From an uncultured archaeon (GTDB lineage: Archaea > Asgardarchaeota > Lokiarchaeia > Sigyniarchaeales > SOKP01), in the NCBI GenBank assembly GCA_964486045.1, contig CAZALK010000009.1:32001-96000 (forward strand): 64,000 bases of DNA, given 5' to 3'. Below, piece by piece: positions 53,339 to 63,161 of this stretch. The translations under genes and the position numbers were made by a program. Position 1 is the stretch's first letter; every line of letters starts with the position of its first letter. Under the pieces are notes generated by a model that saw nothing but the letters and a program-made list of their open reading frames with translations, made no database searches and was not told the origin of the DNA.

Positions 53339-54235
53339 TTATTTCCCTTCTTTTCGAAGTGCATTTTCTTTCATCTGAATAAAAAATTCCCTAGCTTTTA
53401 TCACTTCAGGAGGTTCTTCCAAGGGATTAATAATGCGATTAAGAAATAAAAATCCATTTGGGATCCTTTCTCTAAATGAGACTCCTAAGTGATCAGCTCC
53501 ATAAACATAACGAAATTCATGACAAATATTACGATCAAACAGAGATCTATGTAAAAATTCTGCTCCCCTAAAGAGTCCAAAAAAATCCTCTGTACCAACT
53601 TCAAGATAAATCTTTATTTCAGATCCACGTATTTTTTCAGAGTTTTCTCTAACTATATAGGCAGGATTATTATTATTCCAATAATCTTCATCGATAGGAG
53701 AACCGAATATCTTTTCCATGAAATCCTTTTGACGATAAAATTTATCTACAGATTTTACTTCCTTCCATTCAAATGCAGGTTCAATTCCTGGCTCGAATGA
53801 TACAATAGCCCCAAATTTTTCCGGATACTTAAATCCCAATCTTAGAGAACCTAAACCACCCATAGAAATCCCACCAATGAATAATCTATCCAGATTAGTT
53901 TCAACCCTGTACTCTTTTTGAAGATAAGGTAGGAATTCATGGATTATGAATGATTCCCATTTCTCGGATTCATCTTTATAATCCATGTAAAGAGATCTAT
54001 CACAGCTGGGAGTCACAATCACCATTTCTGGAACAATTTTCTTCTCCCATAAACCCCAAATCATAGGACCTATTGAGTTAAGAAATACATTACTTTTATT
54101 TCCACCGCCATGTAGAAATAACATAAGAGGATATGATTCTTCCGTATTATCATATCCTTTAGGAAACAATACATCATATTCTACAGGAGTAGGGACAAGT
54201 TCAGATTTTATCTTGAAACTTTTGACTTTAAATAT
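53339..54235 (-). CDS. Esterase (alpha/beta hydrolase, FrmB/Fes-like); probable ATA start
   Basis: LHGGG, GISMGG, GTED, GADH. The frame extends 22 codons above TTG 54169 (FKVKSFKIKSELVPTPVEYDV), and GGTGA lies 6 nt before ATA 54235. Confidence 0.85.
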   Translation of the reverse strand: MFKVKSFKIKSELVPTPVEYDVLFPKGYDNTEESYPLMLFLHGGGNKSNVFLNSIGPMIWGLWEKKIVPEMVIVTPSCDRSLYMDYKDESEKWESFIIHEFLPYLQKEYRVETNLDRLFIGGISMGGLGSLRLGFKYPEKFGAIVSFEPGIEPAFEWKEVKSVDKFYRQKDFMEKIFGSPIDEDYWNNNNPAYIVRENSEKIRGSEIKIYLEVGTEDFFGLFRGAEFLHRSLFDRNICHEFRYVYGADHLGVSFRERIPNGFLFLNRIINPLEEPPEVIKAREFFIQMKENALRKEGK

Positions 54236-54469
54236 AAGAATTCACCATTTTGAATTTTTATTTATTTATCTATATCTTTACGAGATTTTGTGCTTTTTCT
54301 TTTATTAATTTTTCCTCAAATTTGACATTGTTAGCTATTCTCTTTGCTAAGAAATTAAGGATAATATTGCCTTAGTCACAAAAGCCATAAGTGTATAGGA
54401 TTTAAATTGCTAAAAGTCCAGTTAAAGAGGGAAGAAATTCTTTTTCACATCCGTAATCGGATTTAAATA

Positions 54470-55267
54470 TTATGAAAATATCCGTAGGTTGATATAATCA
54501 TCAGAATTTTTCTTGCGAAGCTCAGTTAGTTCCTTTATATTATACTCTCCAGCAACTACTATGGGAATATAAGGGTCAGCATTCAAAGACTTTAATGAGA
54601 TGGATGTAAGATCTTCGACAGTCATCCAAGCTTCCTTCGGAAACCATTCACGTTTGAATTTACCTTTGGCTATTTGTTCATCGTGCATTTCAGTAAGTGT
54701 TAAACCAGGGAGAAGACTTTGAACCAAAATCCCTTTTTTATACATTTTTTCATGCAGTTTCTCTGAAAAGGACACCAAAGCGCTCTTTGTTGTGTAATAA
54801 GATACACCCGGTTTTCTATCTATAACTCCTGATGAAGAAATATTAATTATAATTCCACGTTTGCTCTGTATCATCAATGGCAAAGCTGCATGGCAAAAAA
54901 CAATTGGTGCGGTAAAATTTACATTGATATAATCAAAATGCTGATTTAATTCGATACCCAAAAATGACCTCCAAATTGCATATCCTGCTGAATTGACCAA
55001 ACATTCAACATCGCCTTTATTTTTTATATAAGATACGACCTTCTCAATATCGGACATTTTAGACAGATCAGCGGTTAACACTGAAGCTTCAATATTATGG
55101 TTTTCCTTTAATTCGGTTGCTAATTTTTCTAACTTATCCTTTCTTCGAGCAACTAATACAACGTTAAATCCTTGTTCGGCTAATTTTTTTGCAAATCCTT
55201 CCCCAATACCAGAACTAGCTCCAGTAATTAAGGCTGTTTTCTTATTATCCCACTCCAATTTATCCAT
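54470..55267 (-). CDS. Short-chain dehydrogenase/reductase (DltE-like)
   Basis: TGASSGIG, VARR, NSAG, YYTTK. Confidence 0.9.
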   Translation of the reverse strand: MDKLEWDNKKTALITGASSGIGEGFAKKLAEQGFNVVLVARRKDKLEKLATELKENHNIEASVLTADLSKMSDIEKVVSYIKNKGDVECLVNSAGYAIWRSFLGIELNQHFDYINVNFTAPIVFCHAALPLMIQSKRGIIINISSSGVIDRKPGVSYYTTKSALVSFSEKLHEKMYKKGILVQSLLPGLTLTEMHDEQIAKGKFKREWFPKEAWMTVEDLTSISLKSLNADPYIPIVVAGEYNIKELTELRKKNSDDYINLRIFS

Positions 55268-55277
55268 CCTATTTCAC

Positions 55278-56240
55278 CTATAGTTTGTAGGTTTTTTCCC
55301 TATGTTTTAAACAGAGATAAGCATAAAATGTAATCCATTTGTTTGCTAAGCTGCTTTTCCCAATTTTCCAATATTTATTATTATGAACCCCATCACATAT
55401 ATATTTTCCTTCTTGCGTTTTGTGCCGTGCGAGAACCTTCCATGCGAAATCCATTCTCGAGTCATTCCCAAATCCCATTATAGCTAAAGGTAGTAATACA
55501 TCTATTAATCCGAATCGCCAATAAAAAGGAAAAATCGTTGATCCTGCATCGGTGTTAACATAAGTTTCCGTATCTGTCGTTTTAAATAATATATTGCGAT
55601 TAAGAAAATATTCAACTATTTTTTTACTGAAGGGTTCATCCCATAATTCTGCCAATTGACCTAAAGCAAATAATACTTTTACAGAACCTCTAACACATGA
55701 TTTAACTGGTCTTCCCTTCTTACGCTTTCCTTCATGGGTGTCACATAAATATCCGTTATCATATCTAACCGAATTTACCATTAAATCAATAGTTTTTTTA
55801 AGGCGAGGATCATCCTTAAATCCAAGAAGCATAAAAGTTCTGATATTCATTCCAAACAAACACGAAAAATGCCTAAAAAAGTCACCATCGGATTGTTGTA
55901 GAGATAGATAACGATTGGCAGCTTTCTCGATTTTGGGCTCTTCTCTTGTCATACCAAGTTCAGCAAGATAACTAAGAATAAAATGTGTCGAATTTTGCCT
56001 ATAATCCACTCCTTTTCCATAAGATTTTTTGGTACTTGGACTAATAACTTCCCAATACCCGTCTGGATGCATTCCCTCTAACATATTCTTTACAGGACGG
56101 TAGGTTGTAATCTGTTTTCTAGTAGATTGAAGTTCTGGATCAGAATCGGAAAACTCTTGAAGTTCTCGCATAGTACGATAACGAATCGAAGGATTTCCCT
56201 CCTCTAACAACCATTCTATAACATTTTGTGGAATGTTCAT
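55278..56240 (-). CDS. Prenyltransferase/squalene-oxidase-repeat-like hypothetical protein
   Basis: WLLEEGNPSIRY, MHPDGYW, QQSDGDF, NKWITFYAY. Confidence 0.6.
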   Translation of the reverse strand: MNIPQNVIEWLLEEGNPSIRYRTMRELQEFSDSDPELQSTRKQITTYRPVKNMLEGMHPDGYWEVISPSTKKSYGKGVDYRQNSTHFILSYLAELGMTREEPKIEKAANRYLSLQQSDGDFFRHFSCLFGMNIRTFMLLGFKDDPRLKKTIDLMVNSVRYDNGYLCDTHEGKRKKGRPVKSCVRGSVKVLFALGQLAELWDEPFSKKIVEYFLNRNILFKTTDTETYVNTDAGSTIFPFYWRFGLIDVLLPLAIMGFGNDSRMDFAWKVLARHKTQEGKYICDGVHNNKYWKIGKSSLANKWITFYAYLCLKHREKTYKL

Positions 56241-56271
56241 AACTTTATAGTCTTATTTTCATCTATTTATT

Positions 56272-56460
56272 TTATTGTAATAGTTTTCCAACTTCAACGA
56301 GCTCCTGAATCGCTTCTATTTCATAATTTAAGGCCTGTTTGTTAGCGTTGGATCCTTTCCAACGTTACTCGATAGATGACTTTGTAGCATTATCAATATG
56401 ATGGCCGAATAAATCATATAATTCTTGCCATTGCTTGAAAGCATCCTTATACAAATTGTG
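56272..56460 (-). pseudogene. Probable C-terminal gene remnant with an internal TAA
   Basis: HNLYKDAFKQWQELYDLFGH...IE*RWKG...ALNYEIEAIQELVEVGKLLQ*; looks helical and coding, with no clear start. Confidence 0.4.
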
Positions 56461-56618
56461 TATTTTTAGATTAAAAATCTAATAAAATTTATGAATATTT
56501 TTATTGAGATGATATCAATCGAAATATAGAAACTCCTGCGACTCTTCCTATTTAGGTACTAAAAACTCTCCTATAATATTCTTTAGAACTTATGTCCATC
56601 CTGTTAAAATCATTTTTT

Positions 56619-57818
56619 TTAAAATTTTGAATCTATTAATTTCCGATCTTTATCGATGTAATAAACCCAGGCATTTCGAGACATTAAGCAATAATCATCA
56701 GCGCCGAGTTTCTTTAATAGTTCAATCCGCAATTTTCTCGCTTCAATATTTTCTGGATCTGCTTGAATTAAAACATCTAAGATTTCCAATGCTAACTGGG
56801 CTTTATTTTGAGATAATAGTTCTTTTGCCCTTTTTATAATCTTCTCAGGGTCACCTATAAGGTTATTAAGTTCCCGCATGACTTCTTTTTCTGGTCTTGG
56901 TAAGAGGTGGGCAATATTACCATCAAAATAGCCATGATACCAGCGATATACATTAAAAACAAAAAATTCTGTTCTAGAATACAACGGTCTTAAATAAGGT
57001 GATTTTGCAAGGTGGTCTGGAAGTTTAACCTTATGAATCATTTCTGTAATATGGGTTCCTTTATTTATATGTTCAACGACTTGATCGTGAAGTGAATATA
57101 TTGATTCTATGTTTAAGTCCAATATTTTTAGGGCTTTATCTCCCGTATAATAAAAACCAGCGCCATTGCAAAATACATGTTCGGGATTAAGAGCTCTTAC
57201 ATCTTCTAAAATTTTTGCCCAATCTAATGCAAAACGAGTTGGTTTCCATGGATTACCTACATTCGGCAAGCCTGCAATAATAAGATCTCCTATAAACGCA
57301 GCCTTAATTTCAGGAATATATACCCACACCGCATCATCTGTTTCTGCTCGAACAGCATGAAGTTCAAAGGTTTTATCCCCAAGTTTTACTATCATATCTC
57401 CTAAAAATGTTTTCGTGGGATATACAAATTCTGGAGTTCTGACAACTTCTGGAACATTGAATTGTACCGCTGTTATATGCGATCTATGAGGAGCAAGCAT
57501 TTTGTATTTATCTAATCGATCAGGTAAATATTTGCTTGCAATTATTTCCGGATTATCTTTTAAGTAAGCTGCTGCACCACCTACATGATCAGTATGCCCG
57601 TGAGTGTAAATAATGTATTTAATTGTACCATTTATTTGTTTAAAAACTTCCCTTCCTACATTAACTCTTGCTATAGTATCTATTAGAACAACCCCATCTG
57701 TAGTTTCTACCCAAGCACAACCTGCTATTGGTAACCTGGCAGTATAAACATCTTTTATAGGATTAGTAAAACTCGCATTTGGAGCACCTAAAATTCGAGT
57801 ACCTTTAATTTCATTCAT
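56619..57818 (-). CDS. Alkyl/aryl sulfatase-like metallo-beta-lactamase
   Basis: YTHGHTDH, RAETDD, GDL..PNVGNP, YRWYHGYFDGN. Confidence 0.85.
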   Translation of the reverse strand: MNEIKGTRILGAPNASFTNPIKDVYTARLPIAGCAWVETTDGVVLIDTIARVNVGREVFKQINGTIKYIIYTHGHTDHVGGAAAYLKDNPEIIASKYLPDRLDKYKMLAPHRSHITAVQFNVPEVVRTPEFVYPTKTFLGDMIVKLGDKTFELHAVRAETDDAVWVYIPEIKAAFIGDLIIAGLPNVGNPWKPTRFALDWAKILEDVRALNPEHVFCNGAGFYYTGDKALKILDLNIESIYSLHDQVVEHINKGTHITEMIHKVKLPDHLAKSPYLRPLYSRTEFFVFNVYRWYHGYFDGNIAHLLPRPEKEVMRELNNLIGDPEKIIKRAKELLSQNKAQLALEILDVLIQADPENIEARKLRIELLKKLGADDYCLMSRNAWVYYIDKDRKLIDSKF

Positions 57819-57875
57819 TTTTGATTTTCACTTTTAATTTAATAAAATAAAATTTTTTGTAGTTAAAATTAATTC

Positions 57876-58925
57876 CTACTTGTTAGGATTTTTGTAGATT
57901 TCTTCCCAAACTGATTCAACGGGTAAAGGTTGATAAGGTTTTATTTCAAATTGTTTCTTACTTAGCTCATAAATTCCTCTGTTAAATGGAATGTTAATGT
58001 CGAATGAGTTCGCTAATTTCACAAAATATCCGGTTAACGATTCAAGTTCAGATTGATTTTTCTGTCGATGAATCATATCCTGAGCCATGCTATTAAACCA
58101 TGAATATTTAAAATATTTTTTGAAATTAATGATTGCTGTCGCTTTATCGATGTTTTTACGTAATTCTGTTCTTTCCCAAGAGGGCAATCCCTTTAATTCA
58201 AATTCTTGATACCCTGCAGCTTTTACAACGTTCACACCCTCAAGGTATACATTCATATAAATGGTCCAAAGCTTGAAGATCGCATCATCATCTTTAAGGT
58301 CTGAACTTATTAGCGTAAAAGTAGCATTTGAAAGGTTAACTATTAATTTTGAATGAGTAGCATCTTGAAATTGTTGTGTTGTTATTGTTGGGATTCCAAG
58401 GTTTAAAATTTTTGCAGCTCTCTCTGTAATTTTTGGATTTTCATTTTCAGGAGTTCCAAGTGTAAGGTGTCCTTTACCTCTGGTCCCAAATCTTCCTGGT
58501 TCTTCCCGCCAACCAGATTGGACAACGACAGCATAAACAGTTTTCGTAAAATATTTTGGTAAAATTCTTTGATTCTCAAATCCATTCTGTAATCCAACTA
58601 CAATCGGTGCATCTCCAAATTTTATGGAAATATCCTTAGCAACCTCATCTAAATCATAATTTTTAACGGCGATTACTACGACATCTACATTAGCGAGTTC
58701 ATTTAAATCTTCAATTACTTTAACTGGTATTGTTACTAAATTATCGCTTACTACATTATTAAGAATTAAACCATCCTTTTTAAGCGTTTTGGCATTTTCT
58801 CCACGTGCTAATAAGTAAACATCATCACTTTCTTGTGTTAACCATCCTCCAAGAGTAGCACCTATTCCACCAATCCCATAGATTACCACAGTTAAATCAT
58901 TAATGTTTTTCTCCACTAAATTCAA
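57876..58925 (-). CDS. panE: 2-dehydropantoate 2-reductase family protein
   Basis: GIGGIG, AVKNYD, LQNG, KLIVN, SMAQD...SELESLTG. Confidence 0.8.
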   Translation of the reverse strand: MNLVEKNINDLTVVIYGIGGIGATLGGWLTQESDDVYLLARGENAKTLKKDGLILNNVVSDNLVTIPVKVIEDLNELANVDVVVIAVKNYDLDEVAKDISIKFGDAPIVVGLQNGFENQRILPKYFTKTVYAVVVQSGWREEPGRFGTRGKGHLTLGTPENENPKITERAAKILNLGIPTITTQQFQDATHSKLIVNLSNATFTLISSDLKDDDAIFKLWTIYMNVYLEGVNVVKAAGYQEFELKGLPSWERTELRKNIDKATAIINFKKYFKYSWFNSMAQDMIHRQKNQSELESLTGYFVKLANSFDINIPFNRGIYELSKKQFEIKPYQPLPVESVWEEIYKNPNK

Positions 58926-59230
58926 CTCATTTTAGAAATATAATCTCTATCCCATTTTTGATTAAACTTAACTCAAAAACTATAATAATATTTCTTAATT
59001 AAAACATAAAAAAATTTTCGATTTAAAAAATGTGATTAAAAGGAATTGTACAAGAAGGATATTTTAATCTCCATTACGTTATTTTTTTGATTATTAACAA
59101 AAAATTAGTTTAAGTTCCAAATAGGGAGTAAAATATTTACATTGCAAAAAATTCCTTTATCTAAATTTTATTTTTTCTTTTTTCTCATGGATTAACATAA
59201 TTAAAAAAATAAAAGAATAAGTGTGTTAAA

Positions 59231-60388
59231 GTGAAAAATATTGTTGTAATTGGCGTAGGATTGATGGGTACTGGCATTGCTCAAGTTTCACTAATGGCAG
59301 GAAACAATGTAACTCTCGTTGACTTGTCCCAGGAAATTAATGATAAAGCCTATGAAAATATTAAAGGTGGATTAAATAAGCTTGAATCAAAGGGAGTATT
59401 AAATGCCGCAGAAAATATCGCACGGATGAAGACAAATCTAGATATAGTTTCAGCTGTTAAAGATGCTGATATAATAATCGAAGCTGTTATTGAAGATATG
59501 GACGAAAAGAAAACTGTTTTCAAAACATGTGATGAAAATGCACCTTCTCACGCTGTTTTTGCATCAAATACATCTACAATGTCCATTACAGAAATAGCGA
59601 CTGCGACTAATAGAGATGATAAATGCATAGGTATGCATTTTTTCAATCCAGCACCTTTAATGAGGTTAATAGAGGTTATTGCTGGTGAAAAATCTTCAGA
59701 AGAATCCATGGAAATTGGTGTAAAGTTAAGTGAAAGTTTGCCGTGTCTGAGAGGTGAAAGATATATTGCAAAAGTCTTAAAAGACCGTCCAGGGTTTATT
59801 GTAAATAGGCTTAATGCTCCGGGGGGAATCTATATGAATTATCTTCTCGATACGTGTCTAGAAAAAGGAATTCCTTTTGAATCTTTAGATGCTGATTTTG
59901 GAAGCGGTGGACCGATGTCTCCATTAGTTTTGTCTGATTATACTGGAATTGATACTGGGTTTCATGTGCGAAATTATTATGCTGAAACTTTACATGAAGA
60001 CTTTAGACCGGGGAAAGTAGTCACCAAAATGTTTAATGAAGGAAAATTGGGTAGAAAAACAGGACAAGGATTCTATGATTGGTCTAATGGAAGACCAAAG
60101 CCAGATTTCTCTAAAATCGAAAAAGCGGGATTAGTAAATCCCGGGATTGGACTTGCTATCCGTTTAAATGAAGGATGTAGAATCTTAGAAGAAGGAATAG
60201 CTTCAGGTTGGAAAGTAATAGATGATGCTAATATGGCTGGTATGAACTTTCCAGGACCTTTTGAATATGGAATAAAGAATTGGCAAAATCTCGTTAAAGT
60301 GCTCGAAGATTTCGCTAAAAAAATTGGTAGTGAATATCTTAAACCGTGTGAGCTCTTTAAAAGTGGAAAATTTGTTGATATGAAATGA
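59231..60388 (+). CDS. 3-hydroxyacyl-CoA dehydrogenase
   Basis: GVGLMGTGIA, EAVIE, SNTS, GMHFFNP, PGFIVNR, GKLGRKTGQGFY. Confidence 0.93.
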   Translation: MKNIVVIGVGLMGTGIAQVSLMAGNNVTLVDLSQEINDKAYENIKGGLNKLESKGVLNAAENIARMKTNLDIVSAVKDADIIIEAVIEDMDEKKTVFKTCDENAPSHAVFASNTSTMSITEIATATNRDDKCIGMHFFNPAPLMRLIEVIAGEKSSEESMEIGVKLSESLPCLRGERYIAKVLKDRPGFIVNRLNAPGGIYMNYLLDTCLEKGIPFESLDADFGSGGPMSPLVLSDYTGIDTGFHVRNYYAETLHEDFRPGKVVTKMFNEGKLGRKTGQGFYDWSNGRPKPDFSKIEKAGLVNPGIGLAIRLNEGCRILEEGIASGWKVIDDANMAGMNFPGPFEYGIKNWQNLVKVLEDFAKKIGSEYLKPCELFKSGKFVDMK

Positions 60389-60532
60389 TTTAAATTTTTT
60401 TTTTCATTTTTAATTGTATTTTTTCTTAAAATCAAGGAAATAAATTCTATTGACACAGAATTTGTAAATTCATAGAAATAAAAAATAACACATTATAGGA
60501 AGTAAAAAAACTAATAATTCATTATAATAATT

Positions 60533-61729
60533 ATGTCAGGTATTCAAGTTTTAAGAGGACAGAGAGTTAAATTTCAAAATCCTCTAAAAGATGTTCATAC
60601 AGCAGTTTTACCAATTGCAGGATGTGCATGGATCGACACAGAAGATGGAGTTGTAGTAATTGATACCTTGATAAATCCTGCTGCAGCCAAAAAGACTAGA
60701 GAACAAATTAAGGGAAAGATAAAATATATAATATACACTCATGGGCATTTGGACCACCTTTTGGGCACCAGTGAATTTATGGATGACGGAACTGAAGTTA
60801 TTGCAAACAAATATTTGCCAGATCGTTTAGATCGATATAAACTACTTGCTCCCTACCGATCACATATCTCAGCGGTTCAATTCAATATTCCTGAAGTCGT
60901 TTTTCCTATGAAATTTGTGTACCCCACAAAAACCTTCTTAGGAGATATAAACATAAAATTGGGAGGTAAAACCTTTGAACTTCATACCGCGAGAGCAGAA
61001 ACAGATGATGTTTGTTGGATATATGTGCCAGAACTGAAAGCAGCGTTCATAGGAGATCTTATTATTGGGAGAAGTTTTCCAAACATAGGTAACCCTTGGA
61101 AACCAACTCGATTTGCTTTAGATTGGGCAAAAACATTAGAGAAAGTTAGAGCATTAAATCCTGAATATGTTTTTTGCAATGGAGCAGGTGTAATGTTTAA
61201 AGGGGAAGAGGTACGGGAAGCTTTAGATGCAAATATTGAAGTTATTCAGAATTTACATCAACAAGTAGTAGACTATATTAATGAAGGAGTGCACATTACA
61301 GAAATGATTCATAAAGTAAAAATCCCAGATCATCTTAAGGATAGCCCTTATTTAAATCCTTCATATTCTCGACCAGAGTTTTTCACATTTAATGTTTATC
61401 GTTGGTTACACGGATATATGGATAATAATCCTGCCCATCTATTACCTCGCCCAAAAACAGAAGTTATGGGGGAACTTTACAAGCTTATAGGAAGTTCTGA
61501 TAAAATATTAAAAAGAGCAAAAACACTCCTGGATCAAGATCAAGCGCAGTTAGCATTAGAAGTATTGGATGTGTTAATTCAAGCAGATCCAGAAAATATT
61601 GAAGCAAGAAAGGTGAGAATTAAACTCCTTGAAAAGATTGGGAAAGCCGACTACTGTCTTATGTCTCGAAATGCGTGGATTTACTTTATGAATAAGGATA
61701 ATGCCTTTCTTAAAGCAAAAAAAAAGTAG
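60533..61729 (+). CDS. Alkyl/aryl sulfatase-like metallo-beta-lactamase (paralog of 56619..57818)
   Basis: YTHGHLDH, RAETDD, PNIGNPWKPTRFALDWAK. Confidence 0.85.
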   Translation: MSGIQVLRGQRVKFQNPLKDVHTAVLPIAGCAWIDTEDGVVVIDTLINPAAAKKTREQIKGKIKYIIYTHGHLDHLLGTSEFMDDGTEVIANKYLPDRLDRYKLLAPYRSHISAVQFNIPEVVFPMKFVYPTKTFLGDINIKLGGKTFELHTARAETDDVCWIYVPELKAAFIGDLIIGRSFPNIGNPWKPTRFALDWAKTLEKVRALNPEYVFCNGAGVMFKGEEVREALDANIEVIQNLHQQVVDYINEGVHITEMIHKVKIPDHLKDSPYLNPSYSRPEFFTFNVYRWLHGYMDNNPAHLLPRPKTEVMGELYKLIGSSDKILKRAKTLLDQDQAQLALEVLDVLIQADPENIEARKVRIKLLEKIGKADYCLMSRNAWIYFMNKDNAFLKAKKK

Positions 61730-61736
61730 AATAAAA

Positions 61737-63041
61737 TTATTCCACTGTTTTCAGATCTACATTATAGCTTTCTGGTATATAGATTAAAACAAGTGGAATT
61801 ATTGGGAACATAAAGCACGTTAGAATGAGAGCTATCAACTGGATTCCTAATAGTGGAAATAATGGGGCTATTGTAAAACCTAAAACTACTCCAGCTATGT
61901 TCATTAGTAAAACCAAGAGACCATTCCCAATCCCTCTTACTTCTGTAGGTATAACTTCAATTGAAACTATCATTAACAACGCCCATAATCCAGCTCTAGT
62001 CGACATTCCAAGAATTTTTAATATTACCATTATAATAAATCTCGATTGGTTAGATGGAATATGAGCACCCCAAGTAAATTGTAATATTACTGATATAGGG
62101 TATACAAAACTATAGATGATTAATAAAATTCTTCTACCGGAGCGATCTGCTATTTTTCCTGTTAGAATATAAAAAAATATGAGCCCAAATAACCCTAGCA
62201 TTGAAATAATACTAAATTCTTCAGATGTCATTTGTGAGTAGTTCATCATATACGGTTCTAATAAATTTCCTGATCCGACTGCAATACTAAACAAAACTGA
62301 TATAACAATTAATACAACATAACTCTTCTTTCTCCCTTTCCCAAAAATTATATTAATACTTTTCTTAAAAGAAAAATTACTTTGAGGCTTCTCATTTAAT
62401 TCTCCATCTCCTAAAATTTTCTTTAATAGATAGGCCGAAGTTTCTTTTATTGTAAAAATTATCAATAAAGTAGTGATTAATCCTAAAATTACTGAGAAAT
62501 ATAAAACGCCTTTCCAGTGTAAAATGGTAAAGATTTTATCATTAGTGATGAAAATTGAACGATTTATATAAAAAATTATAGGACCAATAATTCCTATTAG
62601 TAGAATAATCGTCGACTATCTCGCATTTTTTCCTTTTGGAGATTCCTCGTTTACATAGATCATCCATACATTAACATTTGCTGCCAATATCAAAAAAAAA
62701 GTAGTAATTGTAAAAATAAGAAGAGAACTAGTTAAAATTTGAATTAATGGCATTACAGTTAAAATAATACTAATAAAAATCAAAATAGGCTTTCTTCCTA
62801 CCTTATCTGCAAATCTTTGGATAAAAATAGAAAGAAAAGTCCCCAATCCTGCAATAGCTCCAATATAAGAAAAATATGTCAATCCGGTTTCGAAATCTAA
62901 ATTCGGAAAAAAATACCAAACAAGAGCAGTAGTTTTTGGTCCATCTAGTGTGTATGAGCGAAAAGCTGTGAATAAAGATAAAATCCCTAAAAGATAATAT
63001 AAATATTTCTTAGTCCGTAAAGCTTCAGTTTGTTTATTCAC
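61737..63041 (-). CDS. MFS transporter interrupted by an in-frame TAG (62618-62616)
   Basis: Two track ORFs in the same frame joined by a stop-free hydrophobic linker. Motif A occurs in both halves (ADKVGRK, ADRSGRR), and the full 434 aa is normal MFS length. Confidence 0.85.
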
Positions 63042-63161
63042 AGTAATTTTTTTTATTGGGTTTTTAGACTGTTAAAATAATAAAAAAGAGTAAATTAATA
63101 AGGAAACTGCCAAAAATTTAGAAAAAAAACGTATTTCTCCTAATTTAAGGTCATATACATG

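Noticed and set aside
998-61729. Genome-wide reassignment of TAG to an amino acid
   Set aside because: Eight genes end in TAG at family-typical C-termini (998, 10211, 24434, 24561, 30845, 55278, 57876, 61729), some overlapping the next gene's SD. Only context-dependent read-through remains possible.
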